Shown here piece after piece: positions 38,454 through 47,062 of a stretch of DNA of 64,000 nucleotides; position 1 is the first letter of the stretch, and the number at the start of each line of letters is the position of its first letter. The position numbers and the translations under genes were made by a program. The stretch covers positions 8,021-72,020 of the forward strand of contig JADZCA010000117.1 of the NCBI GenBank assembly GCA_020851795.1, given 5' to 3'. The notes under the pieces are model-generated. The model was not told the origin of the DNA and did no database searches. It worked only from the letters and a program-made list of their open reading frames with translations. The DNA is from Planctomycetota bacterium (GTDB taxonomy: Bacteria > Planctomycetota > PLA2 > JAEUHO01).

Positions 38454-41400
38454 ATGCGCCGACGTCTCGCCGGACTCCTGCTGGTCGCGGTCGCCGGCGT
38501 CGCCCACGCCGCGGACGGCGCCCCCGCCGGGACCGGCGCCGTCGCCCCGCCCGACGCACGCGAAGCGGCGAAGGCCGTGCGGGCCGCCTTCGACGCCCGC
38601 GAGACCGAGGGCGTCGCCGCGCTCGCGGCCCGTCCGTCGCCCGACCCGTGGCTCGTCGTGGACTTGCTCGTCGGCGACCGCGCCGTGGACGTGGCCACCG
38701 CGTTCGCCGCCGCGACCGCCGGCGCCGACGCCGCCGCGTTGCGCGCCTACGTCGCCCGCCGCAAGGAGGCACCGGCCGACGACGGCGCGGTCCGCACGGC
38801 GCTCGCCGCGGCCGAGGCGCTCGTCGGGAAGGGCGCGCCGCCCGGCGACGTCCTGCACGCGCTCGAGCCGCTCGACCCGCCGACCGACACGGTGCTGCGG
38901 CTGCGCGTGGGCGAGCGCAAGGCGGACGCGCTCGTCGCCGCGGGTCGGCCGACCGACGCGATCACGCTGCTCGACCGCATGGCCGCGACCGCGGCCCGCA
39001 TCGGGTGGGTGCGCGGCGAGGCGGCGGCGCTGCGGCGCGGCACGGCCGCGGCCCTGCGCGCCGGCGACGGCGCGGGGGCGCTCGCGCACGCCGAGCGGTG
39101 GCTGACGCTCGAGGAGACCAAGGGGCGCAAGGGCGGGGTCGCCGACGCCCTCGTCGCCGTCGGCGAGGCGGCGATCGCGCTCGGCGACGTGGGCAAGGCC
39201 CGCACGAGCCTCGAGCGCGCCGTCGCGGTGAGCGAGGAGTCCGGCGACCGGGCGGCGCGCGCCCGCGCGCTGGGGCCGCTCGCCGACGTCCACTTCCGCC
39301 TCGGCGACTACCCGCGCGCCGTGCGCCTGCACCGCGAGGCGCTGCAGGAGCGGCGCGCCGCCGGCGACCGCGTGGGCGCCGCCTCCTCGCTCGCGCGGCT
39401 CGCGGCGGTGCACGCCAACCTCGGCGCGTGGGCGAAGGCGTTCGAGCTCGCCGAGCGCTCGCTCGAGGAGTCCAAGGCCGTCGGCGACGCGTCCTCGACG
39501 GCCGCGGCGCTGACGTTGCTCGGCGGGTTCCACGGCAAGCTCGGCCGCTACGACCGCGCCGCGGCGTTCCAGCGCGAGGCCCTCGAGCTCTACCGCAAGA
39601 CGGGCGAGCGCGCGGCGGCGCTGGGCGCGCTCAGCGACCTCGGCCTCGTCCACCTCGAGTCGGGCGACGAGGCGGAGGCGCTCAAGGTCTTCGACGAGGT
39701 GGTGGCCGAGGCCGAGCGCCTCGGCGACCCGATGCTGCTCGCGGGCGGCCACCGCCGCCGCGCCGCCGCGCTCGCCGCCGCGGGCAAGACCGAGGACGCG
39801 GTGGCCGAGTACGAGCGCGCCATCGCCGGCTACGAAGCCGCCAAGTACCGCCATGGCGTCGCGGCGGTGTGCGTCGAGCTGGCCGAGCTCCACCTGCGCC
39901 GCAACGACCTGCCCGCCGCGCAGAAGCTCGCCGACCGCGCGTCGCGCGAGGCCGAGCGGATGCGCGCGGACGCGCTGCTCGCCAGCGCGCTGACGGTGCG
40001 CGCCGGCATCCGCCTCGCCTCCGGCAACGCGGCGGCCGCGGTCGAGGTGGCGCGCCAGGGCGTCTCGGTCGTCGAGCGGCTGTTCACCGGCCTCGGCGCG
40101 GGGCAGGCGGCGGCGGCCCGCGAGACGGTGGCGCGGCTCTTCGAGATCGGCGCGCACGCCGCCGCACAGAGCGACGACCCCGCGGCGCTCGCCTACTTCA
40201 TGGAGAACGGCCGCGCCGGCGCGCTCGTCGAGACGCTGGGCGTCCGCGAGCGCCTCCAGCGTGCGACCGTGCCCGACGAGCTGCGCGCCGAGCGCGAGGC
40301 CGCGACGCGGGCCGAGGCGACGGCCGCCGCGGCGTATGCGGAGGCGCTGCGCAAGGACGACCTGCCCGCGACGCGCAAGGCGCTCGCGACGCTCGACGAG
40401 GCGCGCGCGCGCTCGACCGACGTCGCCGAGCGCATCGAGCGCGAGAGCAAGCGCGACGAGTCGTGGGACCACCGCGGCGCGACGCTCGAGGAGATCCAGG
40501 GCCACCTCGCGCCCGGGCAGGTGTTCGTCGCGCTCTCGCTGACCGAGCCGCTGGCGGTCGCGCTCGTCGCCACGCCGGCGACGTCGCGCGTCGCGGTGCT
40601 CGCGGAGAGCAAGGACGTCGTCGAGGCGTGCGAGGCGCTCCACGCCGCCGACCGCGACGAGGACCCGACCGAGGCGCTCGAGCGGCTGCGCCGGCTGCTC
40701 GTCGAGCCGCTCGCGCTCGACCCGAGCACGACCACGGTCCTCGTGTCGCCCGAGGGCTCGCTCTGCTACGTCCCGTTCGCGGCGCTCCTGCGGGGCACCG
40801 ACGTCGCCGTGGTCCCGTCGGGGACGACCCTCGTCCACCTGCTCGAGGAGGCGCGCGGCGCGGGGAGCTCGGTGCTCGCGCTGGGCGACCCCGACTACGC
40901 GGCGGTGGCGGGCTCGGGCGCGGCCGCGGTGTTCGTGCCCAACCTGCGCGGGGGCGGCGGCGAGCGCGCCTCCCGCCTCGTGCCGCTGCCGATGACCCGC
41001 GTCGAGGCGAAGGCCGTCGGCGACGTGGTGCTCGTGGGGTCCGAGGCGACCGAGGAGGGGCTGCGCAAGTCGCTCTCGGGCCGCCCCGAGTGGCGCGCGC
41101 TCCACCTCGCCTGCCACGGCATCGTGGACCGCGAGCGTCCCGAGCTCTCCGCGCTCGCGCTGACGCCCCACGGCGAGGACGACGGCTTCCTCACGGCCCG
41201 CGAGGTGGTGGCCACGCCCGTCAACGCCGACCTCGTGGTGCTCTCGGCGTGCGAGACCGGCGTCGGGACGGTGCGCCGCGGCGAGGGGCTCATCGGGCTC
41301 GTCCGCGCGTTCCTCTTCGCGGGCTCGCCGCGGGTCGTCTGCTCGCTGTGGAAGGTGGACGACGAGGCGACGCGCGCGCTGATGACGCGCTTCTACGAGA

Positions 41401-41537
41401 TCTGGAACCCGAAGGACGGCTCGCCGGGCCTCCCCGTCGCGCAGGCGCTGCGCGCCGCGCAGGAGCACGTGCGCGCGCAGCCCAAGTGGCGCCACCCCTA
41501 CTACTGGGCCGCCTGGGTCCTCTGGGGCGTCCCGTAG
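38454..41537 (+). CDS. secreted TPR-repeat protein with C-terminal CHAT (caspase-like) protease domain
   Basis: 1027 aa; signal peptide; multiple TPR-like repeats; CHAT catalytic dyad context LHLACHG and LVVLSACETG. Confidence 0.75.
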   Translation: MRRRLAGLLLVAVAGVAHAADGAPAGTGAVAPPDAREAAKAVRAAFDARETEGVAALAARPSPDPWLVVDLLVGDRAVDVATAFAAATAGADAAALRAYVARRKEAPADDGAVRTALAAAEALVGKGAPPGDVLHALEPLDPPTDTVLRLRVGERKADALVAAGRPTDAITLLDRMAATAARIGWVRGEAAALRRGTAAALRAGDGAGALAHAERWLTLEETKGRKGGVADALVAVGEAAIALGDVGKARTSLERAVAVSEESGDRAARARALGPLADVHFRLGDYPRAVRLHREALQERRAAGDRVGAASSLARLAAVHANLGAWAKAFELAERSLEESKAVGDASSTAAALTLLGGFHGKLGRYDRAAAFQREALELYRKTGERAAALGALSDLGLVHLESGDEAEALKVFDEVVAEAERLGDPMLLAGGHRRRAAALAAAGKTEDAVAEYERAIAGYEAAKYRHGVAAVCVELAELHLRRNDLPAAQKLADRASREAERMRADALLASALTVRAGIRLASGNAAAAVEVARQGVSVVERLFTGLGAGQAAAARETVARLFEIGAHAAAQSDDPAALAYFMENGRAGALVETLGVRERLQRATVPDELRAEREAATRAEATAAAAYAEALRKDDLPATRKALATLDEARARSTDVAERIERESKRDESWDHRGATLEEIQGHLAPGQVFVALSLTEPLAVALVATPATSRVAVLAESKDVVEACEALHAADRDEDPTEALERLRRLLVEPLALDPSTTTVLVSPEGSLCYVPFAALLRGTDVAVVPSGTTLVHLLEEARGAGSSVLALGDPDYAAVAGSGAAAVFVPNLRGGGGERASRLVPLPMTRVEAKAVGDVVLVGSEATEEGLRKSLSGRPEWRALHLACHGIVDRERPELSALALTPHGEDDGFLTAREVVATPVNADLVVLSACETGVGTVRRGEGLIGLVRAFLFAGSPRVVCSLWKVDDEATRALMTRFYEIWNPKDGSPGLPVAQALRAAQEHVRAQPKWRHPYYWAAWVLWGVP

Positions 41538-41548
41538 CGGCCCGCGGG

Positions 41549-41569
41549 AGCGGCACCTCCGCTCCCCCT
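41549..41569 (+). terminator. GC-rich hairpin downstream of the CHAT gene (candidate intrinsic terminator)
   Basis: GGGAGCGG-CACCT-CCGCTCCC: perfect 8-bp stem, 5-nt loop, 12 nt after the stop codon; no U-tract. Confidence 0.4.
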
Positions 41570-41607
41570 CTCGACGGGCCCGTCCGGGGAGCGAGCCCCC
41601 GACGGCC

Positions 41608-41678
41608 TGGAGCGGGCGAAGGGACTTGAACCCTCGACATTCCGCTTGGGAAGCGGACGCTCCGCGGCGCCATCCCGC
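41608..41678 (-). pseudogene. tRNA-Gly(CCC) 3' fragment (intact anticodon arm through CCA; degenerate 5' half)
   Basis: Minus strand reads TCCGC-TTCCCAA-GCGGA (anticodon CCC), ATGTC, GAGGG-TTCAAGT-CCCTT, CGCCCGC-T-CCA, nearly identical to the 3' half of bacterial tRNA-Gly(CCC); the 5' side is only 21 nt and cannot form the acceptor/D arms. Confidence 0.5.
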
Positions 41679-41862
41679 GCACCCACAAAGGGTTGCGTCA
41701 CCCACCGTCCATCTGCTCCCCCGCCCGATCTCCCGACCTGCGCCCTCACGTTGCACATCGCTGCACGATCGGCCGACGGCACGGGTCCCGCCGACGGCTT
41801 CGGCGTCCCGCCACCGCCACCACCCGTGGCGGCCACGCCGCGAGGGGGAGGCCAAGCCGCCT

Positions 41863-43305
41863 TCAGGGCGGCGAGGTCACGCTTCGTGCGAGTCGGGAAA
41901 CCTCCTCGTCCGCGCTCGCCAGCTCGGCCGCGAACTCGGTGCGCAGGTCGGGGCGCCGCGTCTTGAGCGCGTCCAGCACTCGCAGGACCCCCGAGCGCGA
42001 GACGCCGGGCTCTGCATTGAGGAGGCCCACGACCTCGTCGGTCACGTCGACTGCTCGACCTCGAAGAGCGACGGCCACTCGTGACGGGGTGTCGTCGATG
42101 GGTGACTGGGCCGCCACTCCCACCCAAGCCGCGAGGATCGCTCGGTCGTGCATCCCCTCATCGACGCACAGCTCCACCGCAGCAGCACGGACATGCGTCG
42201 CCGGATCCGCTAGAGCCTTGCGCAGGGTCGCTCTGACTCCAGCCCGATCGCGGTCCCCGAGCGACGAGACGGCTGATGCGAGGGCCGCGATGCGGACCCG
42301 CGGCGAGGGATCGTCGCCGACGAGCCGCCGGAGTGTAGTCTCCACGCGATCGGTCGCGCATCGTGCCACGCCCAGTGACGAAGCCGCCGTGGCGCGCACC
42401 CGCTCGTCCGCGTCTCCACATAGCCCGAGCAGAACCGCCTCGATCGACGGGCTGCAGCGCCCTGCCGAGTACAGTGCTCCCGCGAGCGTCCGACGAAGCG
42501 CTGCGGCCGGATCGGCTGCGAGTCGCTCTGCAATTGCGAGCGCCTCGTGCGAGTCCAGCGCCCTTGGTCCAACCCATCCGGCCACGATCGATCGACTGCG
42601 CTCGTCACCCAGGCTCAGCTGTTCCATCAGTTTCATGACGGGCCGGCTGGCACCTACTGCCAGTGCCAAGGTCCTCCCCAACGCACTGCAGTCGGCGGAG
42701 TCGAGTTTGCGCGACGCCAAACCCACGAGCTCGGACATCAACGCGTCATTGCTGGCGAGCAATCGGAGTCCGTCGCGAAGTTCCAGATCCAAGATGACCT
42801 GGGTGTGGTGTCCGAGTTCGGCGAGCGTCATCGCCTCCACAACCGCCATCGGGAGCGAACGGATCGGCAGCCGCGTCAGGCACCGAGCGAAGTGCGCGAT
42901 GCGGTCCGCCGCCCCCGTCCGGAGCGCGGCGACCGTCTCCCTCGTCGCGACCGCCACGGCCTCCGTCGTCGGACGCGACAGCGCTGCGCGTACGTCGGCC
43001 TCGTGGCTCGGATCGCTTTGCGATAGGAGGAGCCATGCGATCGACGACTCGACGACCGGGGTCGGTGCGTCCGCGGCGAGCCAGCGAATCACGTCAGCCA
43101 GCCGTGCAGGGTCCGTATCGGCCCATTCGTGTAGTGCCGTGACACGGGCCAAGTCGACGCCGTCCGTGGATCGCACGGCGCTGCCGAACTCGCGGCGCTC
43201 GAACGCTGCCTGCAGATCGCCTTCCGTGCTCGCAGGATCCGGTCTCATCCCGCATCCGAGGAGTCCGCCAGCCGCCATGGCCAATGCGACCTTCACGACT
43301 TGCAT
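41863..43305 (-). CDS. HEAT-repeat (PBS-lyase-like) lipoprotein
   Basis: 480 aa from MQVVKVALAMAAGGLLGCG (lipobox); repeated ~30-aa Ala/Leu/Arg/Asp-rich HEAT-like units (DPxxxVRxAAxxAL). Confidence 0.55.
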   Translation of the reverse strand: MQVVKVALAMAAGGLLGCGMRPDPASTEGDLQAAFERREFGSAVRSTDGVDLARVTALHEWADTDPARLADVIRWLAADAPTPVVESSIAWLLLSQSDPSHEADVRAALSRPTTEAVAVATRETVAALRTGAADRIAHFARCLTRLPIRSLPMAVVEAMTLAELGHHTQVILDLELRDGLRLLASNDALMSELVGLASRKLDSADCSALGRTLALAVGASRPVMKLMEQLSLGDERSRSIVAGWVGPRALDSHEALAIAERLAADPAAALRRTLAGALYSAGRCSPSIEAVLLGLCGDADERVRATAASSLGVARCATDRVETTLRRLVGDDPSPRVRIAALASAVSSLGDRDRAGVRATLRKALADPATHVRAAAVELCVDEGMHDRAILAAWVGVAAQSPIDDTPSRVAVALRGRAVDVTDEVVGLLNAEPGVSRSGVLRVLDALKTRRPDLRTEFAAELASADEEVSRLARSVTSPP

Positions 43306-43658
43306 TGACTTGCCGACTCTCGAAGCCGACGGTCGCCGTACCCCGGGGCCCCGTAGCGCCCGTACCTGCGCGTGTGGACCTTGTCGTAGCCGTGGTCGAG
43401 CCGCAGCAGCGTCGTCCCGCCCGGATTCTTGTGGTCCACCGTCGAGACCTCGTCGCGGAATTCCGTCCACGCGTTCGTCTGCGTCGTCGCATTCCGGAAC
43501 GTCGCGACCTTGGGCCGGAACCCCGCGCAGGTCCAGCTCGCGATCGGGTTCGTCCCGTCCGTCACGGCCGACTGCGCGCCGAGGTCATTGTACGCCCGCG
43601 TCAACGTCAGGCTCGCTCCCGAGGGGTAGGCTTCGGAGGTCAGCAGACCCCCGGACAT
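43293..43658 (-). CDS. small ORF with YD/Rhs-repeat-like segment (possible gene fragment)
   Basis: 121 aa; RAYNDLGAQSAVTDGTNPIASW resembles a YD repeat (YDxxGRLxxVTDxxG); no toxin or core domain present; overlaps the HEAT gene start by 13 nt. Confidence 0.25.
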   Translation of the reverse strand: MSGGLLTSEAYPSGASLTLTRAYNDLGAQSAVTDGTNPIASWTCAGFRPKVATFRNATTQTNAWTEFRDEVSTVDHKNPGGTTLLRLDHGYDKVHTRRYGRYGAPGYGDRRLRESASQCKS

Positions 43659-43888
43659 CGTACCCCTTCGTGACGAGCCCCGCCGCATCAAGCTCGTCGT
43701 GATGAGCCTCGAGGGTGACCGCGGGCCACTCGTCCCGCGCCTGCGTCGCGCCGCCTGATCGAATCGCTCGCTGAAACCGATGTGCTGCCGAGGGACGTGC
43801 CGTGCCGGCGCTGCGTCCGCGCACCCCGCGATCAGCAAGATCCGAGGCGGCCGGCTCGCTCATCCGCATCGCCCGTTCGGCTCCTGGT

Positions 43889-43911
43889 CGCCACGCGGAG
43901 TCGCTTGCCCG
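43889..43911 (+). repeat. island motif copy 1 (CGCCACGCGGAGTCGCTTGCCCG)
   Basis: 22-bp motif recurring 3' of each minus-strand island gene. Confidence 0.5.
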
Positions 43912-43963
43912 ATGCATGACGCGCAGCAGCGCCGTCACCCACTCCTGTTGGATGGAATCTCAT

Positions 43964-44407
43964 CTACCTCGTCTGCTCGCCACACCCACTGGCAGGATCG
44001 CATGGATCGTCCACAGGACCCGCCTCGATTGTCCTGCCAACGAAAGAGTCGAGTTGCCGAGCGACATCCGACGCAACACGAACGACGTCGGGCCAGGCCG
44101 CATGCCTGATGGCTCGCGCGTCGTCCGTCACGAGGTCCTCTGGGAGCGCCTTGAGCAACTCCAACAATCGCCCTAGCGAGGCGAGGAGGCTCGGCGGCCA
44201 GATCCCGATCTCCGCCGCAGCGGTCAACATCTCCGGGGCGTTGATGTCGTCAAGCAGACCGCAAACAACCTCGACTAGGGAACTCGGGTGCTCCCCAAGA
44301 CCGCCAATCCACACGTCACGCTGGATCTCTGGACTCGCCAACTCGCGCACAAGACGTCGGAGGACCCATGTTCGATATCCGAAGATGTGCAGCTTGTCGT
44401 TACCCAT
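43964..44407 (-). CDS. hypothetical protein (cassette gene 1)
   Basis: ~147 aa from MGNDKLHIFGYRTW; lower-GC, normal composition; the N-terminal extension in listed ORF 43964..44596 lies inside repeat A and is probably not coding. Confidence 0.3.
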   Translation of the reverse strand: MGNDKLHIFGYRTWVLRRLVRELASPEIQRDVWIGGLGEHPSSLVEVVCGLLDDINAPEMLTAAAEIGIWPPSLLASLGRLLELLKALPEDLVTDDARAIRHAAWPDVVRVASDVARQLDSFVGRTIEAGPVDDPCDPASGCGEQTR

Positions 44408-44460
44408 TTGACATTCTATACCCATCTGACATCCTCCCCTGTCCCCGCGAAGCGGGGATT

Positions 44461-44871
44461 GTGGGGTGCCAGAAAGGCCTTCCGCTTCGGGCAAGAGCGG
44501 GGAGCGCGCGAGCGCGTCGCAGCGTGCCGGCTGTGTTGAACGTGGTTCCCATGTTCGAGTACGAGGCCACCCTAGCCCCTCCCGCCGGCTTCGCAAGGGG
44601 CGATGCGCGGAAGGTCGGGCCGAGGGACGCGCCCGCGCCTCGGTCGTCGGCCGACCTGGCCCCGCGCGAGCCCTCGAACGACCGCGGCGCGCACCGTCCC
44701 GCTGCGAGCGGACCTCGTCGCGGACCTCTTCGACGGCGACCGCGACTTGCCCATCCTACGCCTACGGCGCGTCGCCGGAACGAACCGCTCGTTGAAGTCG
44801 CCGCGGAACCACGGGAAGCGCAGAGCCGGCGGCGCGTCCGGGTGGGCGGCGCTCAGCGAGGTCGGGAGTCG
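44461..44871 (+). repeat. direct repeat copy A (411 bp)
   Basis: ~96% identical to 45645..46055; begins GTGGGGTGCCAGAAAGG and ends GTCGGGAGTCG; no convincing ORF in any frame. Confidence 0.8.
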
Positions 44872-44908
44872 TCGGCATGCCGACCTGCGTCGCCTGTTCG
44901 ACCTCCCG

Positions 44909-44932
44909 CCCGCATGCGGAGTCGCATGCCCG
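44909..44932 (+). repeat. island motif copy 2 (CCGCATGCGGAGTCGCATGCCCG)
   Basis: Same core GCGGAGTCGC-TGCCCG; here flanked by two palindromic GCATGC hexamers. Confidence 0.5.
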
Positions 44933-45031
44933 CCCCTGGGGTCGCTTTCCCATCGCGAACATTGTTCGCCCCCCTTCCGCGTGCGGAGCCACCTGCCCAC
45001 TGCACTGCCAGCGAACCTCGGGCGCAGGACA

Positions 45032-45601
45032 CTACGCCGGAAGGAACCTCAGGCCCGACAGCTTGGCTCTGGTCCAGTGATCAACAAACGTCTGCTGTGC
45101 GTAGACCGGGCCAAACCGAAGACAAGACAGCTTGAAGAGCGCGGCCGGCCCGATCCGCCCCGAAAGAAAGACATGACGCTCGACAGACAGAATCAGACGA
45201 CTTTCCTGGCCCCGTACGATCTCCGACCGGCTCTCGTCCAACGCGTCGTAGTGGGCGCGCGGATGTACACAGACGAATTCACTGGAGTCGACCATGGTTC
45301 GAATACAATCGCAGTCCTTGCTTACGACACCCTCGACGACCTCGAACGCATGCATGCGAAGGAACAGGAATCCCGACGTGACCAGAGGCGCGTCGGACTT
45401 CTTCAGGTTCCGCCCCATGTTGTGTCGGATCATGCGCATCTTCGGGAATGCTACAGTCATTGGGTCTATCTCGCCACGGTCCATAGCTGCAAGTCTGGCC
45501 CATCCATCGCCACTTACCGGCTGACACAGTTCAAAGCCGTCGGCCGCGTAGGCGACGTACACGCGCGAGACTGACTGTACCAGGGGCTTGGACTTGCTCA
45601 T
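45032..45601 (-). CDS. hypothetical protein (cassette gene 2)
   Basis: 189 aa; normal composition in a lower-GC patch; higher GC3 than the overlapping plus-strand alternative 45172..45574. Confidence 0.4.
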   Translation of the reverse strand: MSKSKPLVQSVSRVYVAYAADGFELCQPVSGDGWARLAAMDRGEIDPMTVAFPKMRMIRHNMGRNLKKSDAPLVTSGFLFLRMHAFEVVEGVVSKDCDCIRTMVDSSEFVCVHPRAHYDALDESRSEIVRGQESRLILSVERHVFLSGRIGPAALFKLSCLRFGPVYAQQTFVDHWTRAKLSGLRFLPA

Positions 45602-45644
45602 CGAGCGCGAAGACTCCTCGCGACGTCGCGGAGAGCGGCCGCGG

Positions 45645-46055
45645 TGGGGTGCCAGAAAGGCCTTCCGCTTCGGGCAAGAACGGGGAGCGCGCGAGCGCGT
45701 CGCAGCGTGCCGGCTGTGTTGAACGTGGTTCCCATGTTCGCGTACGAGGCCACCCTAGCCCTTTCCGCCAGCTTCGCAAGGGGCGATGCGCGGCAGGTCG
45801 GGCCGAGGGACGCGCCCGCGCCTCGGTCGTCGGCCGACCTGGCCCCGCGCGAGCCCTCGAACGACCGCGGCGCGCACCGTCCCGCTGCGAGCGGACCTCG
45901 TCGCGGGCCTCTTCGACGGCGACCGCGACTTGCCCCTCCTGCGCCTACGGCGCGTTGCCGGAACGAACCGCTCGGTGAAGTCGCCGCGGAACCACGGGAA
46001 GCGCCGCGCCGGCGGTGCGTCCGGGTGGGCGGCGCTCAGCGAGGTCGGGAGTCGC
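45645..46055 (+). repeat. direct repeat copy B (411 bp)
   Basis: Partner of 44461..44871, offset 1184 bp, about 12-15 substitutions. Confidence 0.8.
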
Positions 46056-46091
46056 CGCCGTGGCGATCGTTGACGCTCGTGCCGGTTCCTT

Positions 46092-46115
46092 GCGCCGTGC
46101 GGAGTCGCTTGCCCG
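46092..46115 (+). repeat. island motif copy 3 (GCGCCGTGCGGAGTCGCTTGCCCG)
   Basis: Between the stop of gene 46161..46991 and repeat B. Confidence 0.5.
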
Positions 46116-46160
46116 TCACACCCCCTCGTCGCCCTGCGGAGTTGGCTGTCGCTGGAGTCG

Positions 46161-46991
46161 TCAGGGGATCCGATCTACCGCCTCCATCGCGCGGCGCACG
46201 TAGATCTGCTCCGATGGTGGAAGCCGAGCCAGCGATGCGCGCAACCGCTCGATCACACCGAGACGAACGGAGTCCGGGACTCGGGCGCCGGGAAGAACCG
46301 AGAGGCAGCGAGCGGAGAACTCGACCGCCGCATCCGTCTCCAGCCCCGAGACGAGCGCGTCGTGAACAGTCGTGGACGGGCGTAGGCGAGCGCAAAGCAG
46401 GGATCCGAGCGATTCAAGCCTCGCCCGAATCTCATCTCGACAGTCAAGTCCGCACAGATCCAGCAGGTGGATCATGCACTGAACCGCTTCCGGTCCTTCA
46501 CACGGACCACAGTCACGACCGAGTGCCAGAGCAGCTCGCAGCGATGCTGCGCGGACGAGCCGATCCTCCGTCGGGTCTCTCCACAGTTCCAGTGCCCGCC
46601 TCTCGCTAGCGGTCACGTTCCTTGGTCCGATCACATCGACCAGAGTGAAAAGCACGAGTTCCCGAGCCTCGGGTCGGCCGCCAGCGCGTGTGGCGAAGGC
46701 GACAAGTTCGTCCGTAGAACCACGCGCCAGCGAGACGAAGCGCGCCTGCAGCAAGGGGAACTCCGAGCGATCAGCAATCGCGAGACGGTCGAGTTCTGCG
46801 GCGAGTCCATGGACCTCGCGGCTCGACGAGAACCCGGCCCAGCGGTTCGCGAGCGCCATCGCGATGGCCGCAGCAAACCCGGCGAGTCCGATCCACAACA
46901 GCCAACGTACGGGAGGCCGCTCCGGCATCCGGCGCCTCTTCGCGCCGCTCACGGCCATCGAGGAACGGGCGACGTCATGAGTGGTGGCCAT
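46161..46991 (-). CDS. hypothetical membrane-anchored protein
   Basis: 276 aa; N-terminal TM helix WLLWIGLAGFAAAIAMAL; Cys-rich central region; no known domain. Confidence 0.4.
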   Translation of the reverse strand: MATTHDVARSSMAVSGAKRRRMPERPPVRWLLWIGLAGFAAAIAMALANRWAGFSSSREVHGLAAELDRLAIADRSEFPLLQARFVSLARGSTDELVAFATRAGGRPEARELVLFTLVDVIGPRNVTASERRALELWRDPTEDRLVRAASLRAALALGRDCGPCEGPEAVQCMIHLLDLCGLDCRDEIRARLESLGSLLCARLRPSTTVHDALVSGLETDAAVEFSARCLSVLPGARVPDSVRLGVIERLRASLARLPPSEQIYVRRAMEAVDRIP

Positions 46992-47021
46992 GGAACTTCC
47001 GCCGGGAGGCCCCGCCCGGCG

Positions 47022-47044
47022 CGGGTTTTCTTCGCCGTGCGGAG
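47022..47044 (+). repeat. island motif copy 4 (CGCCGTGCGGAGACTCTTACCCG)
   Basis: In the 71-bp gap between the protease stop and the next gene start. Confidence 0.45.
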
Positions 47045-47062
47045 ACTCTTACCCGCTGCATC

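Noticed and set aside
41608-41678. Intact tRNA-Gly gene
   Set aside because: Only 21 nt are available 5' of the anticodon stem. The candidate acceptor 5' strand GCGGGAT mismatches the 3' strand CGCCCGC at two base pairs, and no D-arm can be drawn. I call it a fragment, but tRNAscan should confirm.
43964-44596. Conserved N-terminus MRS.R.GLGWPRTRTWEPRSTQPARCDALARSP shared by ORFs 43964..44596 and 45531..45779
   Set aside because: The shared peptide is simply the translation of the 411-bp direct repeat. It is Arg/Thr/Pro-rich and not protein-like, and in copy B it terminates without reaching a gene body.
45172-45574. Plus-strand 134-aa ORF with protein-like composition inside the island
   Set aside because: It fully overlaps the longer minus-strand ORF 45032..45601, which has higher third-position GC consistent with the rest of the genome. 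All other island genes are on the minus strand.
43889-47044. Canonical integron attC sites
   Set aside because: The recurring motif lacks the GTTRRRY / RYYYAAC core sites, and no intI gene is present in the window. I kept it as an unexplained gene-end motif rather than calling an integron.
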